Virus record (IMG/VR): IMGVR_UViG_3300035696_000016
Location: 32,001-96,000 of that record
DNA: 64,000 nucleotides
Strand: one strand, 5' to 3'
From: a virus
The notes under the pieces are model-generated. The model made no database searches. It was not told where the DNA came from and saw only the letters and a list, made by a program, of their open reading frames with translations. The position numbers and the translations under genes are program-made. Every line of letters starts with the position of its first letter. The stretch's first letter is position 1. Of this stretch, positions 19,579 to 29,572 are shown piece by piece.

Positions 19579-19856
19579 ACAATGACGACATAGAAAAATT
19601 TCGCCCGCTTGCAAATAACACAAAACATTTAATCCAGATCATTTTAGAAAAAATGACAAAAGAGGCATGTGAGATTGGGCATGAGATGTCAGGGAAGTTT
19701 CAGGAGTTTTACAATTTTGGCGGTCAAGGTGTAGTATATTCATATTGTAAATATTGCGCTTACGAAATTGAAATAGAATTGATCACGACTGACAAAAAAG
19801 AAGAGAAAATATACGTTAAAGAAATTGCAGCGTTGAAAAAATTATGTGAAAAATAA
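19575..19856 (+). CDS. Zn-binding hypothetical protein, paralog of 19285
   Basis: DIEKF..LAN...H; CKYC. Confidence 0.6.
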   Translation: MNNDDIEKFRPLANNTKHLIQIILEKMTKEACEIGHEMSGKFQEFYNFGGQGVVYSYCKYCAYEIEIELITTDKKEEKIYVKEIAALKKLCEK

Positions 19857-19891
19857 AACGCTGATATATTTTATATTGAGGAGACTATACA

Positions 19892-20293
19892 ATGAAATTA
19901 TTTTACCAATTAGATCACGAACAAAGGCACAATGCTACCCATTATATGATTGATATAGTGGTTCAAAATATGATTGAGGACGGTGTAGAAATTGATCCAG
20001 AAGATGATGAAGAAGAAATTGAAATGAAAGAAAAAATGCGTGAAGCGTTTGAGCACATAAAACAGTTTGATCAATATGAAGACAAGATAGAATATCTTAT
20101 GTCCGATGATGATATAAATAGTATCCTGCATCAAATTGGAGAAAACATGGCGACCGGAGCCTATTACCATGAGGACAGTGAAATGGTAGTGTTTGAGGGC
20201 GAAATTACGCCAGAAGACGGCGATGAAGTAAAAGAAGACGATGGAACGGTAAAAAATGTCATCAGCAGTGATGATAAAAAGATGTTGAATTAA
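19892..20293 (+). CDS. highly acidic protein
   Basis: D/E-rich; SD GAGGAG; TGATATA promoter motif at 19862. Confidence 0.7.
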   Translation: MKLFYQLDHEQRHNATHYMIDIVVQNMIEDGVEIDPEDDEEEIEMKEKMREAFEHIKQFDQYEDKIEYLMSDDDINSILHQIGENMATGAYYHEDSEMVVFEGEITPEDGDEVKEDDGTVKNVISSDDKKMLN

Positions 20294-20294
20294 T

Positions 20295-20531
20295 ATGTCA
20301 GAACGAAAACTTACATGGTCAGATGAAGAAATAATCGTCATCAATCCTATGATTTATGTTGTTGATGCGATAAAAAGAAATGACAAAACAGTTAACTTAT
20401 CAAATATTAATAAATTAATAAAATTGTGTTTCTCACTTTCCCTAAATAGAAAAGAATATATTCTCGATAGAATTGAGAAGGCGTTCCCTCATTTAAAAGA
20501 CGAAATAGATAAATATAGGATTTTAGTATGA
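20295..20531 (+). CDS. accessory protein, C-terminal tag (DKYRILV)
   Basis: AFPHLKDEIDKYRILV. Confidence 0.6.
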   Translation: MSERKLTWSDEEIIVINPMIYVVDAIKRNDKTVNLSNINKLIKLCFSLSLNRKEYILDRIEKAFPHLKDEIDKYRILV

Positions 20532-21268
20532 CAACGAGCGTTATGCTTACTACATTTAACCGTCTTTCGCTCACACAGCGAACATTCGATAATTTTTTTG
20601 CCACGACAAAATCGCCCTATCATTTAATCATTACAGATAATGGTTCCACGGATGGAACGCCTGAATATCTAAAATCATTAAAAGTGAATGAGTTTTGTCT
20701 ATCATACGATATTCATTTAAATGCTGAAAATCTTGGCATTGCCCGCGGAAGAAATCGTGGATTGAAAATTGCTGAAAAATATAATGCAGAATATTTATGC
20801 ACAATGGATCCCGATGTTGAATTACCAGATGATTGGCTCGGAAAATGCATTGATATAATTGGTTCCAATCCTAATTTTGTAATTGGAGTTAATTTTGAAG
20901 ACACGACATACCCGCCAATTACTATAAATAATAAAACATTCCAATTAAAGGCTCGTGGAAATCTTGGTTCCGCATTAATGGTGTTCAAGAAAGAATTACA
21001 CAATAAAATAGGCTATTTTTATACAGATTGGCCAAAGCCAAGGTATGCCCACGAAGACGCAGACGCTGGTCAGAGAATGAGATTGGCAGGATACAAATTA
21101 GGATACCTATTGGAGAACGGCGTCCATTTAGGGGTTGGAGCAGAAGACAGCGGCGAATATCGTCAAATGAAAGACGAATGCTCAAAAGCAAATCTCACCC
21201 AGTTCCATCAAAATTGCGCATTATATACAAGTGGTAAAAAATCCATTTACATTCCTTTCAATGGTTAG
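20528..21268 (+). CDS. glycosyltransferase family 2
   Basis: TTFNR, DNGSTDGT, NLGIARGRN, DPD, HED. Confidence 0.9.
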   Translation: MTTSVMLTTFNRLSLTQRTFDNFFATTKSPYHLIITDNGSTDGTPEYLKSLKVNEFCLSYDIHLNAENLGIARGRNRGLKIAEKYNAEYLCTMDPDVELPDDWLGKCIDIIGSNPNFVIGVNFEDTTYPPITINNKTFQLKARGNLGSALMVFKKELHNKIGYFYTDWPKPRYAHEDADAGQRMRLAGYKLGYLLENGVHLGVGAEDSGEYRQMKDECSKANLTQFHQNCALYTSGKKSIYIPFNG

Positions 21269-21286
21269 ACATACTATTAAGGAATT

Positions 21287-23188
21287 ATGCATCCAGCGGA
21301 ATATCAGCAGAGAAATCATAAATTAATAAAACTAATTATAGATCATTTTGGTCATCGTTATTTTTTAAATAAAACAGTTTTAGATTTAGGTTGTTTCAAT
21401 GGTGATTTAGCCAATGCCTTCGCACGAATTGGTGCCAAAATAACAGCAGTTGATGCTCGAAAAGAGCATATCGACGATATAAATAAAAAATACCCTCATA
21501 TCCGCACGATCCAATTAGATTTAGATAAAGATTGGCCGTTTGCGGATTTTGAATTTAATATCGTTCTTTCACTCGGTGTGATGTGCCATTTAAAGGATTA
21601 CGCGAAACACTTAAACAATATATGTTCCGCCGCAGAAGTAGTTGTTTTAGAAACAGAAGTTCTTGATTTTGCTCATGAAAAAAGCGAAATGCATCGTGAA
21701 GATAATGTGATTCCAGATCGTTCGTTTAACGGTGAAATTAATTTAGTAAGCGGACTTGCAATACAAAATAAGTTGTCAGAAATTGGTGCTACATTCAAAA
21801 GAATTGATGATACAAAATTAAATGTTAGAGGTCATCGATACGATTGGAGAGAACATAACACCGGTAAAAACGATGGACTCCGAAGAATATGGTTTATTAG
21901 AAGAGATAAGCACATTGCTCAAAAGGTATTAAATGAACAGAGAATGGTATTGGCGAGACAAGAAGCGGATGAGAGAGCAAAAAGGTTAGCAAGCGAAGAG
22001 CAACAAAGGAAAGAGAGAGAAGAAAAAGATAGAGCAGAAGCGGAAGCAAGATCAAAGGAAATGCCGGTTCCTCATATTGCAAGACAGTTTCCGCCGCCTG
22101 ATGTGAATATTATACCCGAAATAAAATCGGAACAAATTATGTGTTCAATGCAGCCAATACAAACGAGTAATCAATCAGTTAAATTATACCCATTGCCAGA
22201 TGATCTTTCCACGCTTCGTAAAAATAATGAAAAACTTCGTGTATTATATTTAGAGTTGGGCGAACAACAAGGAATGCGAGATGCATTCAATAATATTGGT
22301 GTTGATTTACAAGTATATGATTATTGGTCAAGTTGGTTAAATCATAAAAATCATTCAAGATTAAAATCAGAGTTTTTGCAAAAAGTAAATGATTTAAAAC
22401 CACAATTAATACACACACAATTACAATTTACTGGATTATTAAAAGATGCATTAAATGAAGCCAGAACAACATCACAAGGAACAATTATAACAAATTGGTC
22501 AGGAGATGTCAGAGCCAATGCAGTATCAGATTTTATTACTATTGGTAGATTAGTTGATTATTCATTAATATCAAGCACCGGACAATTAAATATGTATAAA
22601 AGTGCTGGACTGAATAACATTCAATATTGGCAAATCGGGTTAGATCCAAAAATCAATTATGCTAAAAATGCAACAGAATTTAAATATGATGGAGTATTTT
22701 TGGGAAACCATTATGGTGGAACATTCCCAGATGGAAGAATGAGACATGATGCAGTTAGCAAATGCAAAGATGTTTTTGGTAGTAGGTTCGGATTATTCGG
22801 AAATGGTTATGGAAGTAAATCAAATGGTAGCGTGGAAAACAGAAGAGCCAATGACATATATAATGAAAGTATATGTTGCGTTAGTATAAGTAATTTTAAT
22901 AATATAGCACATTATTTTTCAGATAGATTATTACATTGTTTAGGATCAGGAAGACCAACAATATCTTGGTATTTTCCGGGGATTGAAGATTATTTTATTG
23001 AAGGCGAGAATATATTAATCGCTCGTTCAATACAAAACTTGGTAGATAAAATTGAATGGTGCAAAAATAATATAAATGAAGCCAATAGAATTGGTAAAAA
23101 TGGCTATAATCTTGTTATGAAAAATCATACATTTACTTCGAGAGTATTAGAATTATTAAATATAACGGGACTAATTGGAAAACTATAA
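21287..23188 (+). CDS. class I SAM methyltransferase fused via coiled coil to a CgeB/Glyco_trans_1_2 glycosyltransferase
   Basis: VLDLGCFNG motif I; C-terminal YFSDRLL..LGSG, FIEGE, IGKNG...HTF..RV. Confidence 0.8.
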   Translation: MHPAEYQQRNHKLIKLIIDHFGHRYFLNKTVLDLGCFNGDLANAFARIGAKITAVDARKEHIDDINKKYPHIRTIQLDLDKDWPFADFEFNIVLSLGVMCHLKDYAKHLNNICSAAEVVVLETEVLDFAHEKSEMHREDNVIPDRSFNGEINLVSGLAIQNKLSEIGATFKRIDDTKLNVRGHRYDWREHNTGKNDGLRRIWFIRRDKHIAQKVLNEQRMVLARQEADERAKRLASEEQQRKEREEKDRAEAEARSKEMPVPHIARQFPPPDVNIIPEIKSEQIMCSMQPIQTSNQSVKLYPLPDDLSTLRKNNEKLRVLYLELGEQQGMRDAFNNIGVDLQVYDYWSSWLNHKNHSRLKSEFLQKVNDLKPQLIHTQLQFTGLLKDALNEARTTSQGTIITNWSGDVRANAVSDFITIGRLVDYSLISSTGQLNMYKSAGLNNIQYWQIGLDPKINYAKNATEFKYDGVFLGNHYGGTFPDGRMRHDAVSKCKDVFGSRFGLFGNGYGSKSNGSVENRRANDIYNESICCVSISNFNNIAHYFSDRLLHCLGSGRPTISWYFPGIEDYFIEGENILIARSIQNLVDKIEWCKNNINEANRIGKNGYNLVMKNHTFTSRVLELLNITGLIGKL

Positions 23189-23751
23189 TGATTAGGTTAT
23201 TTTACAATTATTATGAAGATAAAAATCCTACAAGAAAACAGGAAATAGATTTATGTTATAAAAATAATTTAGCAAATCCATTACTAAATGTTGTTATTTT
23301 GGACACAAAAGATAGACCTACATATAAATTTTTTTTTGATAAGATAAATGAAATAACAAGTAATAATGATATCAATATAATATGTAATTCAGATATATTT
23401 TTTGATGAAACGATTAGTCTAACAGAAAAACTAAAAGAAAAACAAGTGTGGGCATTGTCGCGTTGGGATTGGAAAGGAAATGGCACGAGCATTCATTTTA
23501 ATCGCCAAGATAGCCAAGATACTTGGATAATTAGAGGAAAAGTTGAAAACGTATATGGAGATTTTCCATTAGGCAAAAGAGGTTGCGATAACAGAATTGC
23601 TCACGAGTTTCATAAAGCAGGGTATAGCATCAGTAATCCAAGCAAAACGGTAAAAAGTCATCATGTTCATAATTCCAATATAAGAACATATGGAATGAAA
23701 GATGTTGTTCCGCCCCCATATAAGGTTCTTCCGCCAGAGGATTTACCATGA
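23188..23751 (+). CDS. putative GT-A glycosyltransferase-like protein
   Basis: ICNSDIFFD, ALSRW, SQDTW, GCDNRIA; cluster context. Confidence 0.55.
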   Translation: MIRLFYNYYEDKNPTRKQEIDLCYKNNLANPLLNVVILDTKDRPTYKFFFDKINEITSNNDINIICNSDIFFDETISLTEKLKEKQVWALSRWDWKGNGTSIHFNRQDSQDTWIIRGKVENVYGDFPLGKRGCDNRIAHEFHKAGYSISNPSKTVKSHHVHNSNIRTYGMKDVVPPPYKVLPPEDLP

Positions 23752-24653
23752 ACATAGTTTTTTACAATCATTTTCATAACGGCGATATTCATGTCAGTCG
23801 AGGATTTATTCGTAAAATAATGGAAAAAACAAAAGAGATGCACAAAGATGTATCGTTTTGTTATACGCATAAAAATTATGCTGGATTGTTGGCAGATATC
23901 GATGGATTAATATATGACAGGGGCGTATTGGGTAATTGTGGTAGCGAACATAATACTTGGCATAAAAATGGCGATACAGTATATATAAATACTTGGTATG
24001 CACAAGGAAAATTTAAGCACATGAATAGATACGGTATATCTATGGATTGTTTATATTCAGCCTTGGATGAAAATTGCATTGGAGCATTGGGGTTTTCACT
24101 TGGAGATATTGGTTGCGATCCAAAAGAGTTTTTTCCAATAATTAATTATAGCAAGTTTTATATTGGAGAAGCGAAAAAATGGCTGGATGAGCATACTGGG
24201 AAAAAGATTTTTATATCAAATGGAAAAGTGTTGTCGGGACAAGCACACGAGTTCAATATGAATGGTATTATTGAAAGCGTTGCAAAAAAACATAGCGATA
24301 AGATTTTTATTGTTTCCAATAATGAAGGAAAGATTAATTTACCAAATGTTATTTATTCTTGTGATATAATAAAGAAAAACGGAAATGATTTAAATGAGAA
24401 TGCATTTTTGAGCGAATATTGCGATGTGATTATTGGAAGGGCATCGGGAACATTTAGTTTCGCATTAACGCAAAAAAATCTATTCGAGAGAAATATTAAG
24501 TTTTTATGTTTTTCTAACTTGGTTCCAAAGAAAGACGGAAAGTTTTGGTTGGATGATATGTTTAGCGATAAAATAAATTATAATTCACCGATGATTACAA
24601 CGAATGAGAACGATCAAAATAAGATTATAAAAATTATTGGAGAAAATATATGA
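23748..24653 (+). CDS. putative GT-B (GT9-like) glycosyltransferase
   Basis: HNGD N-terminal loop; CDVIIGRASG; cluster context. Confidence 0.5.
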   Translation: MNIVFYNHFHNGDIHVSRGFIRKIMEKTKEMHKDVSFCYTHKNYAGLLADIDGLIYDRGVLGNCGSEHNTWHKNGDTVYINTWYAQGKFKHMNRYGISMDCLYSALDENCIGALGFSLGDIGCDPKEFFPIINYSKFYIGEAKKWLDEHTGKKIFISNGKVLSGQAHEFNMNGIIESVAKKHSDKIFIVSNNEGKINLPNVIYSCDIIKKNGNDLNENAFLSEYCDVIIGRASGTFSFALTQKNLFERNIKFLCFSNLVPKKDGKFWLDDMFSDKINYNSPMITTNENDQNKIIKIIGENI

Positions 24654-25549
24654 AAGTATTATTCGTTGGTGGCGGCAGAAGAGTTTCACTTGCTAATAGA
24701 TTTATTGCAGGCGGGTTCGATGTATTAGCATATGAAACAGATGTTAGATGCCCCGTTGCAAGTATTGGAGAAGTCATTCAGGGGAAAAAATGGAATGAAG
24801 CGGGCATCGAAGAAGATTTATTGAATGTATTTTCAGAAAGAAAAATAGATATTGCTATCCCGTTGCAAGACGCAGCAACAACGATATTGTCAAGAATATC
24901 AAATAAAACATTTACTAAAATACCTACGGCATCAGAAGAAACTAATAGTTTATGTTTAAATAAAACATTGTTTGAGAAAAAATTATGCAATGAAGATATC
25001 TATCCATCGGTAGAAAAAAATTGTGATGTAATGATAAAACCAGTTTTTGGATTTAATTCAAAGGGAATAAAACGCATTAGTTATTACGATTATAGTCGAG
25101 GTGAGTATGACGAAGAGGTCGTAGCGCAAAAGTTCATTGATGGAAAGCGAGAAGTTTCCGTTGATGCATATTTTAATAGAGATGCAAAAATGGTGGATGC
25201 AGTGCCAAGATGGCGCGTTGAAGTGCAAGGCGGAGAGGTTAGTAAAAGCACAACAATGCGTCGAGATGAGTTTGGATTAATTGAAATAACAAGAAAAATC
25301 GGAGAACAGTTTGGGTTGATTGGGCCCACATGTTGTCAATACATAATTGACAACAACGACAAGCCGTTTATTATGGAAATAAATGCTCGTTTCGGTGGCG
25401 GAGTTATTTTGAGTTTGGAAGCAGGGCTGGATATGGTAAGTATCATTAAAAATGAATATATAGAAGGAATTACATATCCGCCAAGAAATCATAATTGGAA
25501 AGAAAGTTTTTCAATGGTTAGATATTTTCAGGAGTATTTTTATGAGTAA
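24650..25549 (+). CDS. ATP-grasp protein (carbamoyl-phosphate synthase-like, polysaccharide-locus type)
   Basis: GGGRRV, IKPVFG, QKFIDG.E.SVD, EINARFGGG. Confidence 0.85.
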   Translation: MKVLFVGGGRRVSLANRFIAGGFDVLAYETDVRCPVASIGEVIQGKKWNEAGIEEDLLNVFSERKIDIAIPLQDAATTILSRISNKTFTKIPTASEETNSLCLNKTLFEKKLCNEDIYPSVEKNCDVMIKPVFGFNSKGIKRISYYDYSRGEYDEEVVAQKFIDGKREVSVDAYFNRDAKMVDAVPRWRVEVQGGEVSKSTTMRRDEFGLIEITRKIGEQFGLIGPTCCQYIIDNNDKPFIMEINARFGGGVILSLEAGLDMVSIIKNEYIEGITYPPRNHNWKESFSMVRYFQEYFYE

Positions 25550-25841
25550 GACATATGTGTTTGACCTCGATGGTTCATTGTGTGAGGAACGAAAAACATT
25601 CGAAAAAGCATTGGCAAAACCATATCAGCATGTGATAGATATTGCAAATAAATTATATGATAACGGTAATACAATAATCGTATATACTGCAAGAAGTTGG
25701 GGTGAATATAAAATAACAGAACATTGGCTACAAGTAAATGGTGTTAAATATAATTTATTAATGTGCGGTAAAGTGATATATGATCATTGGATTGATGATA
25801 GGGCAATAAATATAAAAGATGTGGAAACTATAAAGGAATAA
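25542..25841 (+). CDS. HAD-family capsule biosynthesis phosphatase (EcbF-like)
   Basis: FDLDGSL, YTAR, GK, IDDRA. Confidence 0.85.
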   Translation: MSKTYVFDLDGSLCEERKTFEKALAKPYQHVIDIANKLYDNGNTIIVYTARSWGEYKITEHWLQVNGVKYNLLMCGKVIYDHWIDDRAINIKDVETIKE

Positions 25842-25842
25842 A

Positions 25843-26151
25843 ATGGCTGATACATTGGGTGGAATTATTGATAAATTATTTACGATCGATACCAAAATGT
25901 GGGTTAATCAGGATTTAATTTATGAGATACGAAGAATGAGTTTTGATGAATATAAAACAAAATATTTTACCAATGAAGAGGGTGCCCAAAAACTATGGGA
26001 TTGTTTAAAAAAGGCTTGCGATCTTAATGTGCAGAGGAACGCCCTCATTGATGAAATTGATCAAAAAATAATTGAGATGATTGAAGCGAAGTTTAGCGGT
26101 GAAGAGTTAGATGGTGGAAAGTTTTTGCAAAGAAAACATAAAACTTATTAA
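25843..26151 (+). CDS. DUF4254-like helical protein
   Basis: TLGGIIDKL...W...LNVQRNALIDEID. Confidence 0.5.
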   Translation: MADTLGGIIDKLFTIDTKMWVNQDLIYEIRRMSFDEYKTKYFTNEEGAQKLWDCLKKACDLNVQRNALIDEIDQKIIEMIEAKFSGEELDGGKFLQRKHKTY

Positions 26152-26957
26152 TGAAAACATTCAAAGCCACAATTCACATCGGATTAGGTGATATAATTTA
26201 TACACGTGGTCAATTCGATCCAGTAAAACATTTATATGATAGAATTGAAATATCATTTAATAAAATGTTATATGGGCTACATGATGATAACTATCCGATT
26301 TTTTTAAATGATCTTGGAAAACTACTATTTTCAGAACACCCATATGTATTAACTGACGCCGATCATCCACACCTTAATCCAGTTGATATGGCAAAAGAAG
26401 CAAAACCATGCAAACCAGATTTAAAAAATATTTTATGTAAAGGAAACTCGTTAAATTTAGGTTCTGAATACATTGTATTAACAACAAAATTACGATATTT
26501 TCGCAGAAATATATTTAATAGTCTATCTAATGAACTATTTAATACAATAAAAGAACTATCAAATAAATATAAAATAGTTGTTTTAGGTGAAAAAATTATT
26601 GAAATGAATAATGAATATAAGTTTTGGGGAAATAACGAAATATATAGTATTTACGATGATATAATTAAGAATATTCCAGCGGATAAATTAGTTGATTTAA
26701 CAATTCCAGCATTAGGAATAACAAGCCCTAAATTGTCGCAAGTCCAACAAGATTGTTTAATAATGAAGGAAGCAAAATTAGTAATATCACTTGGAGTAGG
26801 GGGTAATTTTTGTATGGCAACAGCAGTTGCCAATACAGTAGGATATAGAACGGATAATGATCCAATTGCCAATGCCGCATTCGACAGAGAATACCCAGAC
26901 GCTATAATAACTAAAAATTGGACATATTTTATAGAAACATTAAAAAAATACTTATAG
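26151..26957 (+). CDS. putative GT9-like glycosyltransferase
   Basis: IGLGDII, VVLGE, late LVISLG.GG. Confidence 0.5.
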   Translation: MKTFKATIHIGLGDIIYTRGQFDPVKHLYDRIEISFNKMLYGLHDDNYPIFLNDLGKLLFSEHPYVLTDADHPHLNPVDMAKEAKPCKPDLKNILCKGNSLNLGSEYIVLTTKLRYFRRNIFNSLSNELFNTIKELSNKYKIVVLGEKIIEMNNEYKFWGNNEIYSIYDDIIKNIPADKLVDLTIPALGITSPKLSQVQQDCLIMKEAKLVISLGVGGNFCMATAVANTVGYRTDNDPIANAAFDREYPDAIITKNWTYFIETLKKYL

Positions 26958-26964
26958 GAATAAT

Positions 26965-27588
26965 ATGTTTTATGGTCAATTCGAGTTAGATAGAATTATT
27001 TATGAAACATTTTTCCAAAATAAAAGAAACGGATTTTTTGTCGAATGTGGGGCATTCGATGGATTGACGGAATGCACTTGTAAGTTTTTTGAAGAAACTA
27101 TGGGATGGACTGGATTGAATATAGAGCCTACGCCATACGCATTTAACAAATTAAAACAAAATAGACCAAATTGTATAAATGAAAATTATGCCTTGTCATC
27201 AGCAACGGGTAAAGCGATTTTTACAAATGCCATTCACCCATCACATGGATTGCATTTTGGAAATGGATCATTATCACATTCGGAAAATCATAAAAATGAA
27301 TTAATAAATACCGGATGTTCATTCGAAACCTTCGAGGTTAATAAAATAATATTTATAGACTTATATAATAAATATTCATTACCAGATATAGATTTATTCG
27401 TTTTAGATGTGGAAGGACACGAAGCAGACGCACTAAAAGGTATCTTATTACTTCCACAACATGCATTACCAAAAGTTTTTTGCATTGAGAACTCAATCAC
27501 TAATTCTAATAAAATAGTACATATGCTATCACAAAGTTATATTTTTCATAGCCAACACGCACATAACGCGTTTTACACAAAAATATAA
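26965..27588 (+). CDS. FkbM-family methyltransferase
   Basis: GFFVECGAFDG, WTGLNIEP, IDLFVLDVEGHE. Confidence 0.9.
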   Translation: MFYGQFELDRIIYETFFQNKRNGFFVECGAFDGLTECTCKFFEETMGWTGLNIEPTPYAFNKLKQNRPNCINENYALSSATGKAIFTNAIHPSHGLHFGNGSLSHSENHKNELINTGCSFETFEVNKIIFIDLYNKYSLPDIDLFVLDVEGHEADALKGILLLPQHALPKVFCIENSITNSNKIVHMLSQSYIFHSQHAHNAFYTKI

Positions 27589-27589
27589 T

Positions 27590-28429
27590 ATGAGTAGCGA
27601 AAAACTCCAAAAAGTTTTAGGATTAAATGAGTATCAGCCTAAAACTAAATATGTATGTTTTCTTCCTTTCATCGGAGAATTTGGATGGATGATCACTACA
27701 TTCGTCAAGCGCATTCAAGGCTATAACCACGCCAACAAAATCGTTTGCACAAAACGAGGACACGAATGTTTATACCCTTCCGCAACGCAATTTTTCTACG
27801 ATTGGCAAGATATTCCAGATCATATGAAAGCGGGTATTTACGAGAAGTTCGATCACGAAGAAATCATCAAAGAAAAAATCAAAACTCAATTAAATACAGA
27901 CGATATTCATTTTTGTTCCCCATCAGAAACTTCGTGGGATGAAAAGAAAACATTAGCAAATAATATATTTATTCCAAAATCAAATCATAATCTTGGACTA
28001 AAAACGGATATCGTAATTACTCCTCGCAATCGTAAGATGGATCCAGATAGAAACTGGAGACAAGAAAACTGGCAACTCGTTGTGGATGAGTTAGCAAAAT
28101 TAAATATCACAGTAGGCGTATGTGGAGCAAAAGATTCGACATTCCAATTAGATAATATAAAATATAAATCATATGATTATATAGATGTCGATAGTGATGT
28201 TGAATTGATGACTAACGCACAATTAGTGATAACACAAGAAAGTGGATTACAATATCTATCATTTTTATGTCAGAGGCCAACATTTTGTATAGATCGCTAT
28301 CATAGGGATTTTGGCGCAGATCTCCATAGAAACCAACATATTCCATTCAGAGAATTAATGAGACAAGTATGGGATAAGCCACAAAGATTAGTAGGAGAGA
28401 TACAATTATTTTTAGACCAGAATAAGTAA
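27590..28429 (+). CDS. putative GT9-like glycosyltransferase
   Basis: GEFGW, RNW..ENW, AQLVITQESGLQYLS. Confidence 0.55.
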   Translation: MSSEKLQKVLGLNEYQPKTKYVCFLPFIGEFGWMITTFVKRIQGYNHANKIVCTKRGHECLYPSATQFFYDWQDIPDHMKAGIYEKFDHEEIIKEKIKTQLNTDDIHFCSPSETSWDEKKTLANNIFIPKSNHNLGLKTDIVITPRNRKMDPDRNWRQENWQLVVDELAKLNITVGVCGAKDSTFQLDNIKYKSYDYIDVDSDVELMTNAQLVITQESGLQYLSFLCQRPTFCIDRYHRDFGADLHRNQHIPFRELMRQVWDKPQRLVGEIQLFLDQNK

Positions 28430-28446
28430 TGATATAGCATTTAATA

Positions 28447-29556
28447 ATGAACTATATTCCAATGTATAAGCCCTATTTTCCGAAGGGCTCATTAAACCAC
28501 GCTCACGATGCATTGGATAGCACATGGGTATCTTCGCAAGGCAAGTATATTGATATGGCGAAAGAAAAACTCCAAGAATTACTTGGGGTTAAGTATGTCC
28601 AATTGCTCAATAATGGAACTTCGGCATGCCACTTAATGGCAAAAGCAGTTATTCGTAAGCATAAAATCAATGAAATCATTGTTCAAAATAATGTGTATGT
28701 TGCGGCGTGGAATGGATTCCTATTCGATGGCAATTGGAAACTTACAGCTATTGACGTAGATTTAGATACTTGGAACTTCGATTTAAATAAATTAGATACT
28801 GCGATAAAAGATAATCCATATGCAGCAGTATTGATTGTGCATAATATCGGAAATATAATTAATGTTCCAGCATTAAAACAAAAATACCCTAATACAATTT
28901 TTGTGGAGGACGCCTGCGAAGCGCTATTCGGTTCCTATGAAGGAAAACAAGCAGGAACAGATAGTTTTTGTTCAGCAATATCTTTCTTCGGTAATAAATC
29001 AATCACTTCGGGCGAGGGAGGCGCATTCCTAACCAATGACGAGGCTACATTCAATTATATAAAATGCGTTCAAGGTCAAGGGCAGTCAGACCAAAGGTTC
29101 ATTCATAACGAGTTAGGATATAATTATAGAATAACCAATGTGCAAGCAGCAATCCTATTAGGGCAACTCGAAATACTTCCAACGATTTTAGATATGAAGA
29201 ACGAAGTTTTTACAACATATCGAACTGCATTAAAAGATCGTGAAGATATATTTATGCAAAAAATTGAAGAAAATACAACACATTCCAATTGGATGTTCGG
29301 CATTCGAGTTCCAAATCATAAAGGATATAAAGAAGCAGAAGCATTTTTCAAGAAAAATAATATAGAAATACGACCAATGTTTTATTCTATTGATGAGCAT
29401 AAATATCTAAATAACAATAGTAAAGTATATTGGAATGATTGCACAAATGCCGATATTCTAAATAAAGAATGTTTTATTTTACCATCGTATCCTGAATTAA
29501 CGAAGGATGAACAAAAACATATATTAAAAACATTAGATGATTATCTCATCCCATAA
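28447..29556 (+). CDS. DegT/DnrJ/EryC1/StrS sugar aminotransferase (perosamine synthase-like)
   Basis: NNGTSACHL, EDACEA, SFFGNKSITSGEGG, GYNYR. Confidence 0.92.
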   Translation: MNYIPMYKPYFPKGSLNHAHDALDSTWVSSQGKYIDMAKEKLQELLGVKYVQLLNNGTSACHLMAKAVIRKHKINEIIVQNNVYVAAWNGFLFDGNWKLTAIDVDLDTWNFDLNKLDTAIKDNPYAAVLIVHNIGNIINVPALKQKYPNTIFVEDACEALFGSYEGKQAGTDSFCSAISFFGNKSITSGEGGAFLTNDEATFNYIKCVQGQGQSDQRFIHNELGYNYRITNVQAAILLGQLEILPTILDMKNEVFTTYRTALKDREDIFMQKIEENTTHSNWMFGIRVPNHKGYKEAEAFFKKNNIEIRPMFYSIDEHKYLNNNSKVYWNDCTNADILNKECFILPSYPELTKDEQKHILKTLDDYLIP

Positions 29557-29572
29557 TTCCACATATTACTAT

